The position numbers were made by a program, and so were the translations under genes. From the NCBI RefSeq assembly GCF_964355755.1, contig NC_092676.1, forward strand, positions 1,989,788 through 2,053,787: DNA of 64,000 bases, read 5' to 3'. A model generated the notes under the pieces. That model made no database searches and was not told the origin of the DNA. It worked only from the letters and a program-made list of their open reading frames with translations. Below are positions 25,030 through 35,307 of this stretch, one piece after another; position 1 is the stretch's first letter; the number at the start of each line of letters is the position of its first letter. This DNA comes from Antedon mediterranea (taxonomy: Eukaryota; Animalia; Echinodermata).

Positions 25030-26223
25030 ATTCATCTGTGTGATTAACAATTGAACAGTAAATCTCATTCTTTTCAACAGTTTGCGAAACATTCAAAGTG
25101 TCACCAACACTGATTGTGTCATTGAATCATCTTTTTATACATTATGATTTACTGTATTCTATCTCTAAAAAAAAATAAAAAAATAATTATTTATAAAACA
25201 TCAGAAATTATAATGTTTTTTACTCAAATATGAATGAAAGAAATAAATGTTTATTTGAATTGAATTGAATTGTTTCTTTGATAATGCACAACTGGTACAG
25301 GTGTGTTGTGATGTTTCTACTTCTGTTGTTCATAATAACACACAACAAACTTGAGTAAAACTATCAGTATGATGTTACTTGTTACTAGTATTATGATTAT
25401 TTTATTAGTTTTTATGTTCACCATTCTGTCTGTTTGCATTGTAAACCCTATCTCATCCGATCTGTTCTGAACATCAGTACTCACCAGACACTTAACAGTG
25501 TAGATTGAAGCAATTCTGGTTCACATCAACTTTAGGTGTATCATACAACCTTTGAACCTCTACCTTTATTTGAGGCTGAACTGTTAACATCAATGTGTAG
25601 CACCAAGTGTCTAAACAATTGTTAATTTCAATTGATAAACAGTAGAAAAATATACCTTCTCCGGAATAAAAACCTTTAATAGTTTGAGTATAGCTAATAT
25701 TTCTTTCAGTATTTGAACTGTGGAACTCTGTAATGTTGTACACTCCTTGGATCCAACCACTTGTGACATTATATTTGATAAGATTCTTTCTGATAATACA
25801 TGTAATGTTTACTTCATCTCCTTCAATGATGTTTTTCAAACTTCCACAAAAGACTTTTTCATCATATTTTTCTGATTTAACTTCAGATGAAAGAAAAACA
25901 TATTGTAAATGGTCATCATCTTCACATGTATAGATTCCTTGTTTTTGTTTATCAAAAGATATAAATAATGGACATTTTATAATGAATTGTTGTGTCAAGT
26001 AATTGTTGAACATACGCTGTCCGTTCTCGCCTTTGTTAAAGTATTTACCACCCACATTAATCTGGAACTCCTTACTTGATGTTATGATTGTCACAGGTTG
26101 TTTAGAATCTGATGAGTAAAAGAAATATTAATGAGATCCATCAGGTGATTTTTAAGTTCCGTGTCTGAACATTAGCAAGCAGGTCACTATTCCAACGATG
26201 ATGTTAAGGAATTTCAAAGTCAT
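25030..26223 (-). pseudogene. Receptor R7: frameshifted, partly deleted pseudogene
   Basis: ATG at 26223; ORF 25492-26094 keeps KCPLFISF..GIYTC..VNITC..GWIQG..FFYC..CYTL. The membrane-proximal domain is deleted between NCF and YTVKC, and the tail is interrupted by an insert ending in (GAATT)n at about 25125-25272. Confidence 0.85.
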
Positions 26224-27741
26224 CTTTTAAAAAAAGAAATGTATTGACCCGTGTGGAAATCCCAGAGAAACAGTGTCATTTGCTTTTACTTTGCGTTTGA
26301 TTAAAGTACAGAAAGTGTAGGTTTATATTTAATATGGCAATAAGAAAGTACAAATATTATACTGTACTTAGTTTTGTTTTGATTTTTGTTGTTTGCACAT
26401 TTTGGTATTTTACTCAAACATGAGAAAAGAATGTATGCCTTGCTTGTAACAATTACTGTAAATAGAACAATTACAAAAACACAAAACATTTATTTCTTTT
26501 CTTATTTAGATGATTTTATTTATAAATAAATCGTCATGCAAATATAATTTTTTTTCCCAGAATAACATTGTCAATTAGTCAAATTTATTTTTTCCAATTA
26601 AAACTATTTTCTAGGCTAACAAAAAAAAATGAATGAAATTTATTTTGAGATAAGTCATAGTGAAGAAGAAAAATCTGTGTGGTATAGATGCAATACAGTA
26701 CAAGTAGATTAGATATAGATTTTGGAACAACAAAGACAGACAATATGAACATAAACAGTCAAGAAGATTTTAATAATATATTAATCTATGATGATTTAAT
26801 TCGAAATGTGTATATCTTATTTCTCTAGGAATATGTTTCAACATTAAATAGGTTCAAAATAGCCAAATCATTACTAATTATAAAAACATCAAACTTACAG
26901 TACAATATCACATTTGTTCAGTGACATAACTACAATTAAAAATCACATGAACTGATCATAAATAATATCTTTATTCTGTGAAAAATTTGCAGACTTATAG
27001 ACTACAGTATATTCTTCATCTACAGTAATAACTATTTAAAAATTAATTATTAATTTACAGCACTGGGCTGTTCAGAGTTTCATGGCTGTAAAATATATAC
27101 ATGTATATTAATATATATTTTTGTATTTGAATTCAATGAGAACTTATTTTACTCTATCTATTTTTCCAGTAAAATGTTACCTATATTTAACATAATACAT
27201 GATGCAAAATGTGCTGTCAAAAGTAGCCCCCCCCCCCCCCACCTCTCCAAGCAACTGTCTTACTTTAATAAGACCAATAATATTTTTTATTTAATTGTGT
27301 TTTATTTGTACATTAAGGAAGTATCAACCACTTTCCTTTTAATTATATTTAAACCTAAACTAATGTTTTACATTTATTGCTGTACGAAAGTCTAACTACT
27401 GTAACAACATTTCATTGCACCACTACCGGTATGGAAGGTGACAAATCTAAATTAACAATTTCATCAGGAAATTTGTTCCAAATGCAAATAAACTCATTAA
27501 AAAGATTCATTCGGTTGGTATTCCAAATAAAATATAATAGTTAATTATATCTCAACCGTAATAGTAATAGTAAATAACGATTATTTTATTTACCTGACGT
27601 TTCGCCAACTATCAAATAAACTAAACAAAATAAAGACTTCTTACTTTAAACATTACCAGTTGAACCAATGTGTGTTCAAAGATATTTATAGCTAATTTTG
27701 GTTTCAATTTTTCTTTTGTATTATTGGGACTCCAGTACAAA

Positions 27742-29382
27742 CTAATTTGGTGTTTCGTAATATTTATGCTCACCACTCTTTTTTCTTGCATTTTGTAACC
27801 TCTTGTTTTCCATCACAGTGTCTGAGCTAACATAGTCAGTCTGTTCTGCTGTCTCTCTGTCCTCATTTCTTGCATTTTGTAACCTCTTGTTTTCCATCAC
27901 AGCGTCAGAGCTAACATAGTCAGTCTGTTCTGGTGTCTCTCTGTCCTCATTTCTTGCATTTTGTAATCTCTTCTTTTCAATTACAGTGTCTGAGCTAACA
28001 TAGTCAGTCTGTTCTGCTGTCTCTCTGTTCTCATTTCTTGCGTTTTGTAGCCTCTTCTTTTCAATCACAGCATCAGAGCTAACATAGTCTGTCTGTTCTG
28101 ATGTCTCTCTGTTCTCATTTCTTGCATTTTGTAACCTCTTGTTTTCAATCACAGTGTCAGAGTTAACATACAACTTTTCAGCTTGTTCTGCTGTTTTGTC
28201 ATCAACTGAACAGTAAACCTCATTTTCTGCATTAATTTGCTGAACATCAGAAGTAATACCAACACCAATTGTGTCAATGTTTCTTTGAAAGTGCACAACT
28301 GGTACAGGTGTCTTTTGCTGTTTCCTCTTTTGGTATTCATAACAGCACACTACACACACAAGTAAAACTATCAATATAATAATATTTGTTACCAATATTA
28401 TGGTTGTTGTATTAGGTCTCCGAGACTGTGTAGGCATGTCGTCATTGGAGGTTTTGTCTTGATAGTTGGCTTGATATGTTGTCAGTCTGTCTGTTGAAAA
28501 GATGCTATCTTTGAGTGTAAATGCTATCTCATCAGATTTGTTCTGAACATCAGTACTCACCAGACACTTAACAGTGTAGTTACCAGCTGGTAAATTACTA
28601 AAGCATCTTTCATCAGTTTCATTGTAATACTGATACTGGAAGTCCTCTCCTTTCAGCATCCAATTATAAATTGTTTTGTCACCAGATCCACCTTCTGCAT
28701 AGCACTTGAAGCAATTCTGGTTCACATCAACTTCAGGTTTTTCATATAATCTTTTAACTTTTATTTTCAATTGAGTGTGAACTGTTAATATCAATGTGTG
28801 GCAGTAGATACTCACATAATGGGTATACTTGAATGACATGCATACAAAAAATAATCCTTCTCCAGAATGAAAACCTTTAAAAGTCTGATTAAATGTAGTG
28901 TTCTTGGTATCTGTTTGATGAAACTGTGTAATGTTATGCTTTCCTTGGATCCAACCAATAGTGACATCATTTTGGATGTAGCCATATTTCTTGATCATGT
29001 TGCATGAAATGTTTACTTCCTCTCCTTCAATGGCGTCTTTCATATCTTCACAATAAAGTGTTATGTATGATTGAGATAGGTCCCATGTTCTATGTACCCT
29101 CAATGAACGTCGCAAATATTGTAAATTATAATCATCTTGACATGTGTATATTCCTGTTTGGTTACCAAAAGAAATGAAAAGTGGACATTTAATTCTGAAA
29201 TCCTTTCCACTTATACGAAATACATCATATTTACTTGATGATTTGATTGTCACAGGTTGCTTAGTGTATGATTGGTAATAAAACCTTCTGTCAAATTGTA
29301 CAAACTCTCTTGAAGCTCCATGTCTAATTATCAACAACTAGGTCACAAGTACAAAGATGATATTAAGGAATTTCAAAGCCAT
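27742..29382 (-). pseudogene. Receptor R8: otherwise intact gene (5 Tyr repeats, ends HKYYETPN) with a single TGG>TAG stop in the signal peptide
   Basis: ATG at 29382 reads MALKFLNIIFVLVT then TAG (29340-29338) where R4 and R5 have TGG. The rest (ORF 27742-29337) is fully open. Confidence 0.85.
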
Positions 29383-30109
29383 CTTTAAAACCTCTCTGTC
29401 TTGATGCAGTTTATAAAATCTAACCCCTAAAGTCCAGACATCGTCAGAGACTGAGTAATTTTACTAATAGTTTACGATATACCAACAAGGAAAAATATAC
29501 TTGGGGGATTTTGTTGTAAAGGTTTTTAACAGGAAGTCTTTAAAGGGAAGTTTATGCCAAGAAGATAGAATATGATTTTGGCTGCTTACAATTACAGTAT
29601 ATTGAAACTATAACATTTGTGCATTTTGTGAAATGGGGGGAAAAAAAACCAGCTTATAGTACTTACTGTACCTATTAATACTAGAAATGTGTCATCCCAT
29701 CACCACAAACACAAAATAACCTGTCTTTTAGCAACCATCTACTTTAATTTGATTATCAATATGCCTGCTGATTGTTTGTGTTTTAATAATAGTACATTAG
29801 GTAATTTAAGGAAGTACATTATTAGATGTTGTAGGTTTCCCATTACAATATTTAAAACTAATTTTAGATTGAATCCTGTACGGAAGTTTTAACATTTTTT
29901 TTATTGCATTACGTGAACTTGTTGGTTTCCTTCTTGTTATATGATATTGATTTAATCATGTTGTAGATTTAAACAAATTACAATTTTTCAATATTCTGTT
30001 GCTAAATTTTATTTATTTGATAATTTGCAGGCTTTTTATACATTTGAAGAATACAGTAACATTTCTGTTTTTTACATCACAGTATATACCGTATATTACA
30101 TCTATGCAT

Positions 30110-30590
30110 TTTCATCATGTTCTGCTGTGTCATTAATTGTAAACCTCCTCTTCCGCATTTGCCTGTAGAACATCAGATGAATTCTCAACCACACTTGCAC
30201 CACTGTTTCTTTGATAGTACACAGCAGGTTGTGGTGTTGTCATGTTTCTTTTTACATTACAGTTCCACTACCCAATTTGATGCTACAATTGTTAAAGACA
30301 GTGGAAGGTATTTTGAGTCACATTTAAACTCGCTATCTTCTTCTTCTTCTTCTTCTTCTTCGTATTAGGAGCCAACTTCATATGTGAAGACACTGCTCCT
30401 TCAACTCTGTTTTGCTAGCTCTACTGTATTTGGTTGTGTATTATTCTATTTAGTTATTCTTTTATTATTATTATTTTTTTTTTTTTTTTTTTTTTTTTGG
30501 GGAAATTGTACAAGATGTCTTTAAGCTCCTACATGTCTGAATATCAACAAACACAGATCACCAACAGATTAAAGGATTTCAAAGTCATCT
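30110..30590 (-). pseudogene. Internally deleted receptor remnant (paralogous to 9050-9340) with a small insertion containing (TCT)n and poly-T
   Basis: Shared blocks gtagaacatcagatgaattctc..cacttgcaccactg and aaattgtacaagatgtct..tgtctgaatatcaacaa. Confidence 0.6.
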
Positions 30591-31159
30591 TTAAACCATT
30601 GATGCGGTTTGGTTAAATCTAACTATCAGTCCTAATGCGGCCTGAAACTGTTATTTGCATTTATAAACTAATTTATTTACATTTTATACAGGAAGTCTAG
30701 GTTTGTAATCACAACAAGGAAGAATATCTAGTATGCTTAATTACTGAAACTAAGTTTGTAAAAATAACAATGATAATTGTTTTCTATAAAGATTAAGAAC
30801 ACAAAAATATTTTCTGTATTTGTTATTTTTTTATAATTTTATATATTTTAGGTTTTTAAATTGTTTGACTGTAACTTCCACAATCCTCCAATAAAATGAT
30901 CCAATCTAAAATAAGGATGATTTAATTCAAATTTACGCAGTACATAAAACACATTTTACAATTACAAATTATTTTCCAGTATATCCCCTGCGGTTTAGAA
31001 AGAGTTTGGAGTTATAGCTATACATATATATAATTTTTACTTTTTGTTTTCTAATTGGTGTTTCTAATTAATAATGAAACTTGCCCTCTGAATAAGAACT
31101 TACTGTATTTTATTCTATTTTTCCTGTGAAATGTCACCTATTAGCCTATTATTTGGTAA

Positions 31160-33094
31160 AATATAGCCTGTTCTGCTGTGTCTCAATTCTTGCATTTTGT
31201 AACCTCTTCTTTTCAATTACAGTGTCAGAGTTAACATAGTCAGTCTGTTCTCATTTCTTGCATCTTGTTTTCAATGACAGTGTCTACTGTATGCTAACAT
31301 AGGGATGTTTGGTTTATTCTGCATGATTATCAATTGAACAGTAAAGCTCATTTTTTTCAATGGTTTGCAAAACATTAGAATTGTCACCAACATTAATTGT
31401 ATCAATGCCTCTTTGATAATGCATAGCTGGTACAGCTGTGTTGCGATGTTTCCTCTTTTGTTGTTCATAACAACACACAACAAACACAAGTAAAACTATC
31501 AGTAGGCCTATGATAGTACTTGTTACAAATGTTATGGTCATTTGATTAGTTTTCTTGCTTTTTGTCGGCATGCCAAATTTGATATCTTGAAATGTTGTTA
31601 GTCTTTCTGTTACCATAACATCTTTAATTCTATCTCATCAGATCTGTTCTGAACATCAGTACTCACCAGACACTTAAAGACCCCTTCCCTGCAATTTTGG
31701 ACGTTTTTTGGAAAATAATACATATATATCACTTTAAAAACATTAAACCATGTCATTCCTTGTCTTAAATGTACGTTTTATGGTAAATTATGATAAAAAG
31801 TGAGAAACAATGCACTACCTAAGTAGCTCGCGGCGATCGACCTCTCGTGGACGGTCTTAGGCCTAGCCTAGCTAGGCTTAGTTTTGTAGGCCTAGCTGGT
31901 AAACATCGGTAACGTACGAACATCGTACGCGAGCTATATACCTAGCCTGACGTTGTATAGTTGCTGCATTAATTGTCTTTCTATTTTTGCCAGACTCCGT
32001 TACAAATTGGGGAAAACCCGGTATTTTCGCTGAAAAGTTAGGAGTCTTCCATTTGTTTTGGCCTCACGATCGATCGAAAAGTGGGCGAATTATAGGTGAA
32101 AAACAAAAATATCAATCCGCGCGCAATGCATTCTGGGATTTTTAGCGGGCCGCTATAATTATTAGAATCGGATTATTTTTCACATTTTTAACCGTTTAAA
32201 GACGAAAAAAGTTATCGCAATAGGACCATATAGTATTATTTTTACATTAAATATAGTTTGTGATCTTAAATTAGATCTAAAAAACGTAGGGAATGGGGCT
32301 TTAACAGTGTAGTTACCAGCTGGTAAATTACTAAAGCATCTTTCATCAGTTTCATTGTAATGTAATACTGATACTAAGATTCCTCTCCTTTCAAACTCCA
32401 ATTATAAATGGTTCTGTCACCGGATCCACCTTCTACATAGCACTTGAAGCAATTCTGGTTCACATCAACTTTAGGTGTATCATATAACCTTTTAACCTCT
32501 ACCTTTAATTTAGGGTGAACCAGCAATATCAATGTGTAGCACCTTATGCTCCTATTAGTTAAGTAATAATATGAAATACAGTAGATAAATATTCCTTCGC
32601 CAGAATTAAAACCTTTAAAAGTCAAATGTAATATCAGTATCTGCACTATGATACTGTGTAATGTTGTGTTTTCGTTGGATCCAACTAATTGTGATGTCAT
32701 ATGGTTGATGTTATATTTTCTGATGTCACATGAAATGTTTACTTCTTCTCCTTCAATGATGTCTTTTATATCTTCACAATCAGCTCTTACAAAGTCTGGT
32801 TGAGCTCTTCTCCATTGTACATCATCCGATGAAGGAAGCAAATATTGTAAATTATCATCATCGTAACATGTGTATATTCCTTTTTGTGGTTGACCAAAGG
32901 AAATAAGAAGTGGGCATTTAATTGTGACGTCTCTTCCATACAAATTATCAAAATCTTGATAACTTGATAGTGTAATTATCACAGGAAGATTAGTGTATGA
33001 TAGATAATAAAACTCTCCTTGAAATTGTTGTGAAGCTCTATATCTTGATATCATCAATAGACATGTCACCATGGTTTAGCAATTTTAAACTCAT
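31160..33094 (-). pseudogene. Receptor R9: frameshifted pseudogene interrupted by a TTAA-site element
   Basis: ORF pieces 32374-33072 (ectodomain nearly identical to R3) and 31314-31616 (stalk/TM/tail like R5); degenerate repeats at about 31160-31300. Confidence 0.85.
31678..32300. mobile_element. Kolobok-like non-autonomous DNA transposon
   Basis: TTAA is duplicated (31674-77 and 32301-04) where paralogs have a single cacTTAAcag. Imperfect TIRs AGACCCCTTCCCTGC / GTAGGGAATGGGGCT begin with AG, which fits Kolobok rather than piggyBac (CCC). Confidence 0.8.
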
Positions 33095-33526
33095 CTTTAA
33101 AATCCTCTGTATTGATGCAGTTTATGAAAATCCAACCTTTAAATCGTGATGCTGTCAGAGACTAAGTTGTGTTTGCAATGTCTTTTTACAGTATGGCAAC
33201 ATAGAAGAATATATTTACTTTATTGGAGTTGTTTTTTTGCTGCAATAACGAAACTAATTTTATGGCAAAAATCATCGTTAAACCTCTCTCATTGATGCGG
33301 TTTGGTTAAATCTAACAATCAAAGTCCTAATGCGGCCTGAAACTGTTATTTGAATTTATAAACTAATTTTATTTACATTTTATACAGAAAGTCTAGGTTG
33401 TAATCACAACAAGGAAGAATATCTAGTATGCTTAATTACTGAAACTAATTTTTACAAAAATAACAATGATAATTGTTTTCTGTAAAGATTAAGAACACAA
33501 AAATATCTTGTGTATTTGTTATTTTA

Positions 33527-33950
33527 TCTATATTATCTATATTATAAGTGAGAGAGTTTGTACGTCTGTCTGTTTGTTTGTTTGTTTGTTCGTTATACAA
33601 ATTTTTGTTACTGCACGTAATCTTACATATGGGGTATCAAAATGACCGCAATTGTACCGGGAATGTTTTAAGCTGTATTTGAACATCATCCGCCACCTAG
33701 GATCGAAGCTTAGGTTGAATTGAATTTATCCATCACTGGGAAGAATTTGTTTTTAAGAAAGAGTATGGGGTGTTATTGAAGAGGGGTGGAGGTTGGTGAG
33801 TATAGACAGATACTGGCGTCGGGTGTTAAGTACTGAGAAGGCTGTAAACTAATTTTGAAACACGCCCTGGGGCGGGTATAATTACTAATTTTATATATTT
33901 TTGATTTATAAAATTGTTTTAACTTGTTGTATAATGACACTGCACTAATA
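33527..33950 (+). mobile_element. Helitron-like 5' fragment
   Basis: Begins TCTATATTATCTATATTATAAGTGAGAGAGTTTGT..GTCTGTCTGTTTGTTTG, resembling 5' ends of non-autonomous Helitrons with a microsatellite. No 3' hairpin/CTAG end was found. Confidence 0.45.
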
Positions 33951-34059
33951 AGAAAGAGTGCTATAGTACATTTCTTTGGTATCATGTGATCCACAATCTT
34001 CCAATCAAATGCCAAGAATCTAAAATAATCTATGATAATTTAATTAGAATAGAAATATG

Positions 34060-34835
34060 CTAATTCAATTCAATTTCTTTTTATTTCGGAAATATCATCC
34101 ATATTAATAAACGTATAAATAGAAAAAAAGAGAAATAAAAAATCGTAAACTTTAAACTTAAGTATATAGACTGCTTCTCCATCTACAATACATTTTGGAG
34201 TTATGGAGCATATTTTTGCAAACACAAGCAACAAGGATGTTACCACTATTCAACATACGTTGCATAAAACCATAGGTAGATTTTCGCATGTACTCATTAA
34301 AGGAAGGGACACCATGTTCAATAAACATTGCACTGGCACTGCTACTTCTAGAGACATTAAGTATACGGCGCAGAGCATTATTGTAACATACATTAAGAGA
34401 TCTAATATTCTTCATACGATAGTTACACCAAAGGGCTGCACAATACATATTAATACAGTAAGATCTAAAGAGACAACATTTAACATTGGTAGAGCATTTC
34501 ATAAATTTGCGATTGAGTGAGTTGCTTCTAATACATAAAGATCTGTACTGACTTTGAATGTCAGCCTCATCACTGCAATCACACATAAGAATATGACAAA
34601 CCTTTCTCAACATAAGCAAGTTTTTTACCAAAAAGTTTAGTAATAGAATTACCTTCAAGTTTGCATGTACGAGGACAGAAACACATACAAAAAGATTTCT
34701 TATCATTAAATAAAACATCATTCTCTTGCGAAAACTCTTCACAAACATGTACCAATTGATGGAGACCAGACAATCATCCGCATAACTAAGATGATTCAAG
34801 ATAATGTTTCTACATTGGCAACCCTGGCACAAACC
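34060..34835 (-). mobile_element. Non-LTR retrotransposon 3' fragment (RT YADD to C-terminus; clade uncertain, RTE-X or L2-like)
   Basis: ILNHLSYADD, LFRSYC..MYCAALW, YNNALRRIL..SASAMF; (GAATT)n tail at about 34062. Confidence 0.85.
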
Positions 34836-35307
34836 ACTTATTACTAATATAAAAACATCAAACAATATCAGATTTATGCAGAACATAAAACACATTCATT
34901 ACAAATTACATGAATTACCTACATTCTGTGAAAAAGTTAGCACGCATACAGTATTCTTCATGTTAACCATTTCAGATTTATTTATTTTCCAGTATATCAC
35001 TTGCTGTTTCCTATATGGCTATACATTTATATATTATTACATATTTTTGTTTTCTAATTGGTGTTATTAATAATTCTCTCTGAATGAGAACTTACTGATA
35101 TTTTATTCATATCTATTTTTCCTCTGGAATGTTACCTATTAGCCTATTATTTTGGTTATTTAATTCTGTACAAATGTCTAATCCTTTACATTGCTTGGTA
35201 TATAAGGGTGTTGGTTTCTGTTGTGTTAGATGATATTGATTTGATCATGTTGTAGATTCAATTCGCAAGCAAACAAACAAACCAATCTGGCGTTTCATAA
35301 TATATGC

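Noticed and set aside
27742-29337. 531-aa ORF starting at 29337
   Set aside because: The start is a TTG just after a premature TAG; the homologous ATG is at 29382.
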